Shown: positions 37,971 to 47,538 of the stretch, piece by piece
Layout: each line of letters starts with the position of its first letter
Numbering within the stretch: position 1 is the first letter of the stretch
IMG/VR virus record: IMGVR_UViG_3300032242_000965
Span: 1-64,000 of that record
Reading direction: 5' to 3' (one strand)
Length of the DNA: 64,000 bases
DNA from: a virus
Notes under the pieces: generated by a model
Seen by the model: the letters and a program-made list of their open reading frames with translations, nothing else
Databases searched by the model: none
What the model was told of the DNA's origin: nothing
Program-made: the position numbers and the translations under genes

Positions 37971-38561
37971 TTAAATTGGTAACCAGAGCCATAAACCTTG
38001 GCTCATTAATAAAAATCCAACCGCACATACTCCAAAACTACCCCAGAACAACGGCATACTAACTGCAAGAATACTTGCTGATAATAATACGATTGCTAAC
38101 TGATATGCAGTACTTGCATAACTCATCCATGGGCTACGTACTTTAGCTGCGTCACGGTCTGCTTCTAATTTCTTAGCACGTGCCATAATATCTTTCATAC
38201 CGTCTTTTGGTTCGTTCTCATAACGGTCAATCTTAGCAGTAAGTTCTTCTACACGTTTCTTGTCACCTGCTTTTTGTGCATCATATAATGCATACTCAGC
38301 AGCGGTTTTCTTAATACTCTTTGCTTGGTAGAAACTCCACTCAGATCCTGCTTTAATTGTATTACCTAGAATAGTACTAGAATATGTACCACCAAAATAA
38401 GCATTGATTGCTAGTAATAACGCAAACACGTTAATTACCATACCTGCTTTGTCTTTGATTTTTGCTTCACGTTCGCTACGTGAGCCTGCAGGTGGTTTAA
38501 CTGCATTTGGGTCTTTTGGTTGTTTGTTGACTAGGTTCAACATGCTATCTATTAGTGCCAT
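37971..38561 (-). CDS. DUF4337-like membrane protein
   Basis: WSFYQAKSIK, QLAIVLLS; three TM segments. Confidence 0.75.
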   Translation of the reverse strand: MALIDSMLNLVNKQPKDPNAVKPPAGSRSEREAKIKDKAGMVINVFALLLAINAYFGGTYSSTILGNTIKAGSEWSFYQAKSIKKTAAEYALYDAQKAGDKKRVEELTAKIDRYENEPKDGMKDIMARAKKLEADRDAAKVRSPWMSYASTAYQLAIVLLSASILAVSMPLFWGSFGVCAVGFLLMSQGLWLWLPI

Positions 38562-38576
38562 TATATTCTCCTTATT

Positions 38577-38834
38577 TTAGGCTAAACTTGCTAGATTAAT
38601 CAAACCGTTTATAGCGGTATTCATTAATAATAAATTTTCTTGCTCTACCATGTGTTGATTAATATTCAACTGACGTTGTATATCTTTAACTAACTCTATA
38701 TATTCTTCTTTACTAATTTCCCCTCTCATACACATATCTGTATATTCATGTACCTTTGCAGCCGCATCAGTTACATCAGGGTTTCTACTATTTACATTTG
38801 CTAATTCTTCTTGGTGTTGTTGTACAGTACTCAT
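38577..38834 (-). CDS. Hypothetical protein
   Basis: ATGA-coupled 85-aa ORF. Confidence 0.65.
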   Translation of the reverse strand: MSTVQQHQEELANVNSRNPDVTDAAAKVHEYTDMCMRGEISKEEYIELVKDIQRQLNINQHMVEQENLLLMNTAINGLINLASLA

Positions 38835-39232
38835 CTTGGCTTCTTTCCTTCGCTTTGTTGCATTGTATTTGCCGAGTCTTCTATATTCTTAAACTTAATT
38901 TTACAGAATACAGGGCTCACTGTTCCACTATCATATTTGTCTGATAATCCTTTTACCATATCATTCAACTCAACTGTTGCTTGTTGTATTGGTTTATTAT
39001 GAGGTAAGTGTTCTGCATAGTGCATTAGAAATACGCTAGTATATGATAGTTCTTTTGCTAATCTTTTTGATTCTACTGGGTCACTACATTTATCTTTTGC
39101 AACACCTGCTTTAGTTCTAATCTCAGTTATTAACTTATACTCATTATTATCATACTTCATTAGATATGCATCTAATGCATCGTTAAACGTAGCGCATCCA
39201 GACAATAATAGAACTAATAATACTTTCTTCAT
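38831..39232 (-). CDS. Lipoprotein
   Basis: Lipobox LSGC. Confidence 0.75.
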   Translation of the reverse strand: MKKVLLVLLLSGCATFNDALDAYLMKYDNNEYKLITEIRTKAGVAKDKCSDPVESKRLAKELSYTSVFLMHYAEHLPHNKPIQQATVELNDMVKGLSDKYDSGTVSPVFCKIKFKNIEDSANTMQQSEGKKPR

Positions 39233-39531
39233 TTGATGCTTTCAAATATATTTTTCTGTATCTGATACCATTCAATCCATGTGTCAACTTTAACTGCACA
39301 TTCATAATATGTTGAATAGTTAATCGTAACTGTTTTTGCTACATCGCTTAACTTTGAACTATCATCTAGTTTCTTTAGATTAGGACAACCTTCCATCACA
39401 ACTTTACTTGGTGCTTCTGGGAAGCTCCTGCTAACTGGAACACTAGTGCAACCTGCTAATACAAATATTACTAACATGATGAGTAATATAAGTATCGTTA
39501 CTGATTTAACTACTTCATTTTGATTATTCAC
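39229..39531 (-). CDS. o-spanin (Rz1-like lipoprotein)
   Basis: Lipobox LAGC, Pro-rich segment, NY-YYEC; follows the i-spanin. Confidence 0.8.
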   Translation of the reverse strand: MNNQNEVVKSVTILILLIMLVIFVLAGCTSVPVSRSFPEAPSKVVMEGCPNLKKLDDSSKLSDVAKTVTINYSTYYECAVKVDTWIEWYQIQKNIFESIK

Positions 39532-39968
39532 TTTGTCTTCTCCGCTGAGTCGTTGTGTGCTTTTACAAATTCTTTAGGAATTACACATTGGTTATCATAC
39601 TTAGTTACTTCACGGTCTATGTATTGTTTTACAACTAAACCCTTTTCACGGATAATCTTTACTTTTTGTTGTGCTTTATTATCTAACTGAGAATTAGCCT
39701 GCTTGGATTGTTCTTCTGCTTTTGCTACTTTGGCTTCCATGTCATGTACACGCTTGCGCCATTCCATTTCAGTACCATAACCGCCTGTAAAATAGACTCC
39801 CACTAATATAAAGAATAGTGAAAGAACATGAAATATTGGTCTATAGGGTATTAGTACAGGAACTAGTGCTAAAAAGAAACTAGCCATATATATGACTATA
39901 CCAGTTGCTATAATAGCAAAGATAGCCATCTGTAAGAAACTGTCGGGGATTAAACTTAATAAGAACAT
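39528..39968 (-). CDS. i-spanin (Rz-like)
   Basis: TM helices, coiled coil, C-x-IP-x-EF-x3-HN; start MFLLSL 5 nt after TAAATA. Confidence 0.8.
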   Translation of the reverse strand: MFLLSLIPDSFLQMAIFAIIATGIVIYMASFFLALVPVLIPYRPIFHVLSLFFILVGVYFTGGYGTEMEWRKRVHDMEAKVAKAEEQSKQANSQLDNKAQQKVKIIREKGLVVKQYIDREVTKYDNQCVIPKEFVKAHNDSAEKTK

Positions 39969-39996
39969 ATCTGTATTTATGCAGATATTATCCAAA

Positions 39997-40203
39997 TTAT
40001 GTGTATTTTAGATTATACCAAAGTAAATTTTCTTCTGTAAATTCAGCCTCAACTACTACTTTATATCCATACTGATCTCCTATTCGTATATAAAATACAG
40101 GAGTTTTAGTTGAATGTTCTTTGACCCATTTACAATGGTCAGTTTTTTCCCATTCGGCTAATGGGAAGGCGGCATAAAGTTCAGGATCTTCAACATCACC
40201 CAT
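39997..40203 (-). CDS. Small hypothetical protein, F-x-L-[RK]-W family (divergent)
   Basis: KWVKEH ... LLWYNLKY; start may lie slightly upstream. Confidence 0.55.
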   Translation of the reverse strand: MGDVEDPELYAAFPLAEWEKTDHCKWVKEHSTKTPVFYIRIGDQYGYKVVVEAEFTEENLLWYNLKYT

Positions 40204-40220
40204 GTTGAATTGATAGACAA

Positions 40221-41093
40221 TTACACTGCCATTTCTGCTTTTATTTGTTGGTGACTGTTGTAATTCTGTAATTCTATATCTCCCATTGTAAACTTATTAA
40301 TATCCTTAATGTCAGGATTAAGTTTTAATGTTGGTAGTGACAGTGGATCACGTGTTAACTGCTCACGAACCTGGTCAATGTGCATTTTATAGATATGTGT
40401 ATCACCTGTACTAATAATTAATTCACCTACAGTCATATCACAGCATTGTGCAATTAGATGTGTAAGCAATGCATAACTAGCAATGTTAAATGGGAGTCCT
40501 AAGAACACATCAACACTACGTTGATACATATGACAACTTAATTCATTCTTGCTATTCACATAGTATTGACTCATAACGTGACAAGGTGGCAATGCCATTT
40601 GGTCTAGTTCGCCCACGTTCCAGGCATTAAGAATATGCCTACGCCCATTAGGATCTCGTTTAAGTCCTTCTATGAGATTTGCCAATTGGTCAACGCTATC
40701 AGGTTCATATTCACTACTACTAGTCCAGCGTTTAAGACCTGTTAACCAAGTACGCCATTGAACTCCGTATACACGACCCAAGTCACCGTCAAATTTAGCC
40801 TTATCTCTCCAGTAGGGAGCATATGCATTTGGTGTCCATATTGTAACCCCGCCTTTTTCACCATGTGTGATTTCTGCTAGTCGGCGTTCATCACCTGATC
40901 CTTCGATAAACCAAAGTAGTTCACCTACACAGGATTTCCATGCTAATTTCTTTGTGGTTACGGCTGGAAAGCCCCTACGCAAATCAAAGCGAATACTACG
41001 TCCAAACACACTAATAGTGCCAATGCCAGTTCTATCATCTTTTGTTTCTCCGTTATCTAATATATCTTGTAATAAGTCTAAGTACTGTTTCAT
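40221..41093 (-). CDS. thyA: Thymidylate synthase
   Basis: DRTGIGT, ELLWF, YGVQWR, LPPCH, YQRSVD, PFNIASY. Confidence 0.97.
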   Translation of the reverse strand: MKQYLDLLQDILDNGETKDDRTGIGTISVFGRSIRFDLRRGFPAVTTKKLAWKSCVGELLWFIEGSGDERRLAEITHGEKGGVTIWTPNAYAPYWRDKAKFDGDLGRVYGVQWRTWLTGLKRWTSSSEYEPDSVDQLANLIEGLKRDPNGRRHILNAWNVGELDQMALPPCHVMSQYYVNSKNELSCHMYQRSVDVFLGLPFNIASYALLTHLIAQCCDMTVGELIISTGDTHIYKMHIDQVREQLTRDPLSLPTLKLNPDIKDINKFTMGDIELQNYNSHQQIKAEMAV

Positions 41094-41386
41094 AATTTAC
41101 CTAACAATTTATCTGTCTCAGGTTGTACTGTTTCAGCAATAGTTTCTAAATTTAGTATAAATTCAAAACTGTTGATAAGAGGATCTAACTCAGTTAGTTT
41201 ACGTGAGATGACCTCTTCAACTTCGTCAGGGCTTAGTCCTTGTTTGAAAAGAGATTGTATATTAATAGTATGCTGTTTTTTACCTACCATTCTAACTACA
41301 ATCTTTTTAACAAATTGTACGGGAACTCTACTCTTTTCTACATCCTCTAGAATATGTTCCCACTTACTCAAAAAATCAGGTGACAT
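41090..41386 (-). CDS. Hypothetical protein
   Basis: ATGA-coupled to thyA. Confidence 0.7.
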   Translation of the reverse strand: MSPDFLSKWEHILEDVEKSRVPVQFVKKIVVRMVGKKQHTINIQSLFKQGLSPDEVEEVISRKLTELDPLINSFEFILNLETIAETVQPETDKLLGKL

Positions 41387-41393
41387 TATTGCC

Positions 41394-42092
41394 TTAAATA
41401 GTTACAGTTGCCTTTGCAGGACGACCGCGCTTTTTAGCAACAGGTGCTGATGGTGTAGTAGTTTGTGTTGTGGTTGAAATACCTAACATCTCATTAGCCT
41501 CTTGTTGCAATCTTGCACTTTCTGCTAACAAACCTTTTGCTTCTGCTTCCATTCTTGCCGCTTGTTGTTTTAGATTATTTGCTAATGCAGTATCACCTAA
41601 TATACCTGGCACATCTGGTACACCAACTGGCGGTGTTGTTTTTGCGGCTTCTTTGTTACGCATACGTTGTGCAACTTGTTTAGAACTTTGTAATCCTAAA
41701 CTTTGATCCATTTCGGCTAACCGCTGTACAGCCTCTTCACCTTGTTTCATTTCATCTAAAATCTTATTCAACTCATCTAATTTAATTTGAGTAGAAGGAC
41801 TAGGTGTCATTACAACTTGATTAGTTTGTACTTTCTTTAGTAAGCCTTCTTTATGAAGTACTTGTAAAATAATTTTACCATCATTTGTATGAGTACGATT
41901 TAATGCATCGGCTAGATTTTCACTATTTTGCCCGATATCACTTTCAATACATTTCATTAATGGATCATGTATATGTCTGTTTAATGATTCAGTATATACT
42001 GCTAATGCCATGTGGTCTTCACCTGGTACTTCTCTGAATACAACAGCAATCTTGCGATCACCAATTTTTCCTACGTGTCTTAAAAAACTCAT
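41394..42092 (-). CDS. Hypothetical protein with C-terminal AT-hook-like motif
   Basis: KKRGRPAK; AGGAG RBS; late promoter. Confidence 0.7.
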   Translation of the reverse strand: MSFLRHVGKIGDRKIAVVFREVPGEDHMALAVYTESLNRHIHDPLMKCIESDIGQNSENLADALNRTHTNDGKIILQVLHKEGLLKKVQTNQVVMTPSPSTQIKLDELNKILDEMKQGEEAVQRLAEMDQSLGLQSSKQVAQRMRNKEAAKTTPPVGVPDVPGILGDTALANNLKQQAARMEAEAKGLLAESARLQQEANEMLGISTTTQTTTPSAPVAKKRGRPAKATVTI

Positions 42093-42154
42093 AATGTTCT
42101 CCTTATGCTTTATAAGCTATAGCAATATTTAATTGATATTAGGTTATCCAAAAA

Positions 42155-42403
42155 TTAATTACTGCCAGCCCAACGCAATTCATATATCATTGCTTCTTTT
42201 GGATCTTCAAAGTAAATATAATAAATATCCAACAGTAGATTAGATATATCCATCGATGTTCCAAATCTACCGTATAGTTTTTTTACTACCCAAAGGTAAG
42301 ATTCTTCAGACATACTAGTAGTAGCCTTTACGAAATGTTTGGGTATGCCACCTTTTACTTCTCTGGTACCAAACCAACTTTGAGGATCAATTTCTCTTTT
42401 CAT
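42155..42403 (-). CDS. Small hypothetical protein, F-x-L-[RK]-W family
   Basis: WVVKKLYGRF ... FEDPKEAMIYELRW. Confidence 0.65.
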   Translation of the reverse strand: MKREIDPQSWFGTREVKGGIPKHFVKATTSMSEESYLWVVKKLYGRFGTSMDISNLLLDIYYIYFEDPKEAMIYELRWAGSN

Positions 42404-42623
42404 CTTTTATTAAATTATAAACCATGATTGCTTGATTGAGTATATCACGTAATGCTACGTTTGTCTTAGCCTTTCGGCGAATCTCACCCCACAATTGGTC
42501 TTCTTTAAGTTGTTCATGTAAAGACTTTTTCTTTTCAGAAATGGAAACAAGTTCACGGTCAAGTGAACCTGATTCTCTTTTATAAACTGTTTCACCTTTA
42601 TCCGGTGATTCAAATACACTCAT
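42387..42623 (-). CDS. Hypothetical protein
   Basis: FESPDKGETVYKR motif typical of phage hypotheticals. Confidence 0.65.
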   Translation of the reverse strand: MSVFESPDKGETVYKRESGSLDRELVSISEKKKSLHEQLKEDQLWGEIRRKAKTNVALRDILNQAIMVYNLIKDEKRN

Positions 42624-42632
42624 CTAGTCAAC

Positions 42633-43043
42633 TCATCTAGTCAACACATCTAGCATCTTATATTTTTCGTAGGCATCAACTACAGCAGGATTATTATTAT
42701 TAATTGTAGGCACTACTTGCCACCATAATTCATCACCTACTCGAAATGGGTGATTATAACTCGCGGAGCCGACAAATGTTCTTGGTTGGTGAATCTTACC
42801 TCGATACCAAAGTCGTTCTGCTAACTTTAAGACTTCTTCTAAATCATAATCACCTATTTCATAACGGTCAGAATTTCTTGCACCTATATTACCATATGTA
42901 TGATATTGTTCTACTACAGCCACAAACTTTTCATAGTCAGGACAATCAGTACGTGTTACAATGAACATTACCTCATCCTCGGACACTTCACCTGCTAACA
43001 GACTTTGTAAGCATCCGCCTAAACTTGTACCGATATACATCAT
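42633..43043 (-). CDS. Hypothetical protein
   Basis: IGTSLGGC, GKIHQPR; coupled ORF. Confidence 0.65.
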   Translation of the reverse strand: MMYIGTSLGGCLQSLLAGEVSEDEVMFIVTRTDCPDYEKFVAVVEQYHTYGNIGARNSDRYEIGDYDLEEVLKLAERLWYRGKIHQPRTFVGSASYNHPFRVGDELWWQVVPTINNNNPAVVDAYEKYKMLDVLTR

Positions 43044-43363
43044 ACGATTACAGGCCTTTTTTCTACTCGGTCGCTATAAATTTTCTGTCCATTAGCACGA
43101 ATAAAATCCACAATACCTTGAGGTGCGGTTTCAAATGCTGATTTAATTGATTCCTCAGTTAGTTCATCATCTGCATTGAATGCATAAATTTCATAATGAC
43201 GTTGAGGGTTTGATTGCGCCCTTATTGTCATTATACTAATGTTAGGGTAAATAGGAAGTGGCACACCCTTAAGAGTATTCCACATTATTTGTTTCTCAAG
43301 GTCACTATGACAATACAAATATTCAAGACCTTGATTATCCCACATTGCGAGATATTGTTTCAT
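43040..43363 (-). CDS. Hypothetical protein
   Basis: MWDNQGLE, RAQSNPQRHYEIY. Confidence 0.65.
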   Translation of the reverse strand: MKQYLAMWDNQGLEYLYCHSDLEKQIMWNTLKGVPLPIYPNISIMTIRAQSNPQRHYEIYAFNADDELTEESIKSAFETAPQGIVDFIRANGQKIYSDRVEKRPVIV

Positions 43364-43476
43364 TTATTCACCGTTAGATTCAAAAAACTTTTGAAGAATT
43401 TTTACTATCACTAGTATAATACATACCGCCGCAAGACATTCTAATAAAAAAACGATTACTGGCATACACACTCTCC

Positions 43477-44763
43477 TTATTGTTCATCGTATAATGCAAA
43501 TGTTCCGAATGGGGGATTAGGATTCTTGTCACCATGAATGATCCAAGTAGTATCGCAATACTCTGCATCACCCCAAGAGCCACAAGGGTAACCATCAGTA
43601 AACACAATCAAACGTTTTGGTTCGATAGCACTTTCTTTTAAGTATGTAAAGATACAATCAAAGTCAGTGCCACCACCGCCCATTACTTCATAGTTTTCAA
43701 TCAAGTCCATGTTGTCACTATGAAAGTCTTTTGGGTTGTACGTTTCAGTATCAAAACAGAATACATGAACTTTGTAGCCATCAAACGAACTCATCATGCC
43801 ACCAATTTCACCTAAAAAAGCCTGTGCTTGTTTATTTGAAATTGAGCCTGACATGTCGATAGCAACAACTACGTCAATCTCTTCACCTGGTGTCATGCCA
43901 GGCATGATAGCATCCATGTGCCAACTTCTACGTGAGGGACGCATCCAAGAATAGTCTGTGCGAATAGCACTAGTCAAGTTTGTTTGAATCAACTCACGCC
44001 AGGGCATGACTGGATTAGTATGTTGTTGAATTAATCGTTCAACACTCTTAGGTAATGTACCTGCCTCTGCACTTTGTGCGGCACTGATAATTGCTTGCTT
44101 GATTTCTTGACGGGCACGTTCACGTTCTTCAGGTGTCATTTGCTTAGGGCGCTTGCCTTTGCCTTTTTTCTCACCGTCGTTACCTTCTTCACCGTCATTA
44201 TCACCATCTTCACCATCCATGTGATCGTCCAATAATTGTTCAATCAAATCATCGATGTTGATTTTCTTAACATTCTTCATTAAGTCATCATAGATTTCTT
44301 CTGCAGGCTTGCCATCGTATTTTGTTTCATATAAGCAAGGCACAGTAGTAATGAATTGACCTACATGATGACGTTTCAAATCAGCATTGACTGCATAGTC
44401 ATCAGCAATGTTCCACATTTGCGGATCACGTTCACCTCTACGACCCATATGGTCATAAACAACGTGTAATACTTCATGACCAAATAAGAATTCAATTTCT
44501 TTTGGCTTTAGCATTTTAATAAAGCGACTATTGTAATAGAATGTAATTCCGTCAGTAGCGGCAGTAGCACACCATTCGTCAGCATTTACCAATTTCATTC
44601 GTGTAGCAAGATTACCAAAGAATGAATGACGCAACAACAATCCAATACGTGCACCTACTAATAGTTCACGTGCCTGTGCATCAATCTTAGGGTCAGTAGG
44701 ACCAATTAGATTGTCAAATTTACTACTACGTTTTTTCTTAGTTGGGCTGATTACGTCACTCAT
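43477..44763 (-). CDS. DUF2201-like metallopeptidase plus VWA domain
   Basis: TAATDG, HEVLH, MIDAS DMSGS, GGGGTDF, FTDG. Confidence 0.9.
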   Translation of the reverse strand: MSDVISPTKKKRSSKFDNLIGPTDPKIDAQARELLVGARIGLLLRHSFFGNLATRMKLVNADEWCATAATDGITFYYNSRFIKMLKPKEIEFLFGHEVLHVVYDHMGRRGERDPQMWNIADDYAVNADLKRHHVGQFITTVPCLYETKYDGKPAEEIYDDLMKNVKKINIDDLIEQLLDDHMDGEDGDNDGEEGNDGEKKGKGKRPKQMTPEERERARQEIKQAIISAAQSAEAGTLPKSVERLIQQHTNPVMPWRELIQTNLTSAIRTDYSWMRPSRRSWHMDAIMPGMTPGEEIDVVVAIDMSGSISNKQAQAFLGEIGGMMSSFDGYKVHVFCFDTETYNPKDFHSDNMDLIENYEVMGGGGTDFDCIFTYLKESAIEPKRLIVFTDGYPCGSWGDAEYCDTTWIIHGDKNPNPPFGTFALYDEQ

Positions 44764-44788
44764 AGATACTCCTTGTTACAATAACTAT

Positions 44789-44817
44789 ATTATACACTAG
44801 TATTTAATTATTGTCAA
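44789..44817 (-). promoter_or_regulatory. Early sigma70 promoter
   Basis: TTGACAATAATT; 17-nt spacer; TATAAT. Confidence 0.9.
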
Positions 44818-44984
44818 TTCAAACTTAAGCCACGAAAACCTTTATCAAAGTAAATCATAGCATATGGTTGGGCACTTTCCAAATGATAAAAGGTTTCACC
44901 TTGACCTTTTGTCCAACCTTTTGCACGGACACGTTGACCCAATGCATAAAAATATTTCTTACCTGAGAGACTAGTATGTTTCAT
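44814..44984 (-). CDS. Small hypothetical protein
   Basis: Start MKHTSL after AAAGGA RBS. Confidence 0.6.
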   Translation of the reverse strand: MKHTSLSGKKYFYALGQRVRAKGWTKGQGETFYHLESAQPYAMIYFDKGFRGLSLN

Positions 44985-44998
44985 TATAAATCCTTTAG

Positions 44999-45035
44999 AA
45001 AAAAAGGGCGAGAACATTCACACTATTCCCGCCCT
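44999..45035 (-). terminator. Rho-independent terminator
   Basis: AGGGCGGGAATA/TGTTCTCGCCCT plus T-tract; second hairpin at 45041-45058. Confidence 0.8.
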
Positions 45036-45070
45036 GTGAACGGTGCGTTTAAGCACCGGGAGTCAGTGGA

Positions 45071-46171
45071 TCAGTTGCCTGCTTCCACAATATATTTTCC
45101 ATACTTCTTATGGAATTCATCAAAGTTCTTCAATTGAGTTGGCTCAATTGGTAACTCATAAGTCTTCAATGCAATCTTAGCACCCATAACTGTCAACTCT
45201 GTTTCAAAGTTGTTCATCATGTAAGTGAAGAAGTTTTCAGCCATTTCATGGAACTGTTTGCTGTTAACTTTCTTGTTGGTGACTGAATCTTTCAATTCGT
45301 AGCACATAGAAATTGTCAATGAGTACATTGCTGAAATTTCTTTTACTTGCAAGTCTTTAACTTTGCCTGATAAAATATCAGTTGGCTCAGGCATCTTACC
45401 TGCAATCTTACGATGAGCCATAAACTTAACTGCTAGACCTTCACCAATAGCACCTGCCACTAAATTGAATTGTGTGTCAACATCCATGTTGTCTTCATCA
45501 TTCAACAAGTCACTAACGAAACACCAACTACGAGGTGTTGCAAATGCACGTGAACTAGATTTGGCATCAAAGTCATACATATCATTCTTTGCGAATGACA
45601 AGTAACCAACAACGTCTTTGTGAATGTTGTTGTTCACAGCCCATGTCTGCCATGATGTAAAGTCAGGGCGCATTTCTAAGTGAATGAAACGATTAGCAAG
45701 GGGCATCGGCATACGATAAGTAACACCTTTGTCGCTATCACGATTGCCTGCCGCAACGATTACAACATTATCAGGCAACTTGTACTTACCTACACGGCGA
45801 TTCAAAATAAGTTGATAGCCCGCCGCTTGTACTGCTGGGGGTGCCGAGTTCATTTCATCTAAGAAAAGAACTACAACTGGATATTGACTTGCTAGTTCAT
45901 CACTAGGCAAATCTACAGGGCTAGCCCAATCCATCTTGTTGATATCTTTATTGAAGAATGGAATACCACGAATATCAGTAGGTTCCATTTGTGCCATACG
46001 CAAGTCAATTACATGACCTTTTAGTTCATCGGCAATTTCCTGCACGACTTCAGATTTACCGATGCCGGGAGGGCCCCAAAGAAAAACGGGACGTTTAGTT
46101 TTGAAAGCACTTAGAATTGCTTTGCGGGTTTGTACACTAGTGATAGTGTGATTGTCGCTAACTGATGCCAT
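45071..46171 (-). CDS. MoxR-family AAA+ ATPase
   Basis: GPPGIGKS, LFLDEMN, AAGNR, LANRF, TPRSW; VWA partner nearby. Confidence 0.92.
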   Translation of the reverse strand: MASVSDNHTITSVQTRKAILSAFKTKRPVFLWGPPGIGKSEVVQEIADELKGHVIDLRMAQMEPTDIRGIPFFNKDINKMDWASPVDLPSDELASQYPVVVLFLDEMNSAPPAVQAAGYQLILNRRVGKYKLPDNVVIVAAGNRDSDKGVTYRMPMPLANRFIHLEMRPDFTSWQTWAVNNNIHKDVVGYLSFAKNDMYDFDAKSSSRAFATPRSWCFVSDLLNDEDNMDVDTQFNLVAGAIGEGLAVKFMAHRKIAGKMPEPTDILSGKVKDLQVKEISAMYSLTISMCYELKDSVTNKKVNSKQFHEMAENFFTYMMNNFETELTVMGAKIALKTYELPIEPTQLKNFDEFHKKYGKYIVEAGN

Positions 46172-46213
46172 TTATGACTCCTTTAAAAATGACTTGTTGA
46201 CTTAAGAAACTCT

Positions 46214-46242
46214 ATTCTATAGTAAAACTGATTTATTGTCAA
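46214..46242 (-). promoter_or_regulatory. Early sigma70 promoter with extended TTGACAATAAAT box
   Basis: TTGACA-17nt-TAGAAT. Confidence 0.85.
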
Positions 46243-46694
46243 GGCTTACTCATACTTTGGGCAACACTTTCTAATAGTGCATTTACCAATTCACCTTCTC
46301 GGCGAAAGGCCTCACGTTCCCAAGGACGCTTATGATACACTACCGAATACTGTTTACCTAACCAAAAACGCTTATGTTTACCGTTACGTGAAATTTCGGA
46401 TTTATAATGACCACGAATATATTGTTTAGCATGAACCATTTCATGCGCCAATGTCAATAACATTTGAGGTAACTTTAACTGGCTATCAACTACTACAGTA
46501 ATTTCATTCTCACCTGTTTTACTTGCAACACCATTATTACCATCACGTTTGCGTAAATTTGGTGCACTACAAACTAGTAGGCTATATTTTGCTTTATTAA
46601 GGTTTAAGTATTTTGCATAAAACTTTGCAGTCTTATAGAGTAGTAGAACTTTTTCAGGATTTGTATTACCGTGGGCTAGAATTTCAATTTTCAT
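46239..46694 (-). CDS. HExxH zinc metallopeptidase-like protein
   Basis: LAHEMVHAKQY ... PWEREA. Confidence 0.8.
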   Translation of the reverse strand: MKIEILAHGNTNPEKVLLLYKTAKFYAKYLNLNKAKYSLLVCSAPNLRKRDGNNGVASKTGENEITVVVDSQLKLPQMLLTLAHEMVHAKQYIRGHYKSEISRNGKHKRFWLGKQYSVVYHKRPWEREAFRREGELVNALLESVAQSMSKP

Positions 46695-46696
46695 AA

Positions 46697-46987
46697 TTAA
46701 GCCCGATTGTCACAATATTCAAACAGAATCCATTTAGCACGATTTAGTGCTTGACGAACATCCTCAATGACCATAAAATCATAGGCGCCGTTGTTGTCAT
46801 ACGCAATCATTTCCTGACAATCAGACATGATACTAGCCGCCATCATAGCAGGACCACTATGACGAAAAGTAATGCTTTGTTCAACTGCCTCACGCATTTG
46901 GGCTTCGGTACAGCCATACATACGAATCTCACGTTTTTGTTGCATGTCTTTAGCAACACCTTGGGCGATAGCAACATCAACTGTCAT
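46697..46987 (-). CDS. Hypothetical early protein
   Basis: AAAGGAG RBS directly behind an early promoter. Confidence 0.7.
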   Translation of the reverse strand: MTVDVAIAQGVAKDMQQKREIRMYGCTEAQMREAVEQSITFRHSGPAMMAASIMSDCQEMIAYDNNGAYDFMVIEDVRQALNRAKWILFEYCDNRA

Positions 46988-47016
46988 ACGTACTCCTTTA
47001 GTTAATCAATACATGT

Positions 47017-47045
47017 ATTATATACTGTAATGGATTTATTGTCAA
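47017..47045 (-). promoter_or_regulatory. Early sigma70 promoter with extended TTGACAATAAAT box and upstream palindrome
   Basis: TTGACA-17nt-TATAAT; AAAAGTA-G-TACTTTT at 47062-47076. Confidence 0.9.
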
Positions 47046-47146
47046 ATCCCAAAGTGAAACAAAAAGTAGTACTTTTGTTATAAATATGTACTAAGTATTA
47101 ATGCAAACGTATAATTAATCGGTATTATATAAGGTTAATGTAATAC

Positions 47147-47401
47147 TTAGGACATCAACTTAGCCATTAACAACAATTTTTCTAAGTGGTCAATGGCTTT
47201 GTTGATTTTATCTTTTTGTTCATTACTATAACTAGTATGGCGTGTTCGCCTTGCTTCAACTTCTAATTTACTAAGTTGACCGACCATTGTTTCAATATTT
47301 TTCAACATCTTACGTAGGTCGGGATTATACGATATACTGTTAAGTTGAATAATTAATTCATTACTCACGTTATCCCAGTCCAATGATGTTTCTATTTTCA
47401 T
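47147..47401 (-). CDS. Hypothetical helical protein
   Basis: 84-aa ORF. Confidence 0.65.
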   Translation of the reverse strand: MKIETSLDWDNVSNELIIQLNSISYNPDLRKMLKNIETMVGQLSKLEVEARRTRHTSYSNEQKDKINKAIDHLEKLLLMAKLMS

Positions 47402-47538
47402 TTATCTTTCGTAGGTTCTTCTTTCTTAGAAACCTTTTGAATAGGTTCAGGAAAGTAGGGTTCGATGATATAGTGATTACTTGTCCACCAGCCAAGTCCT
47501 GACAATGCTCCGATTACTATATATGTTGCTATAAACAT
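47398..47538 (-). CDS. 46-aa membrane microprotein
   Basis: Hand-translated MFIATYIVIGALSGLGWWTSNHYIIEPYFPEPIQKVSKKEEPTKDK; coupled at both ends. Confidence 0.6.
   Translation of the reverse strand: MFIATYIVIGALSGLGWWTSNHYIIEPYFPEPIQKVSKKEEPTKDK

Noticed and set aside
43380-43607. 75-aa minus-strand ORF
   Set aside because: Mostly an alternate frame of the VWA gene; at most its last ~37 codons (MNNKES...) could be a micro-ORF, with insufficient support
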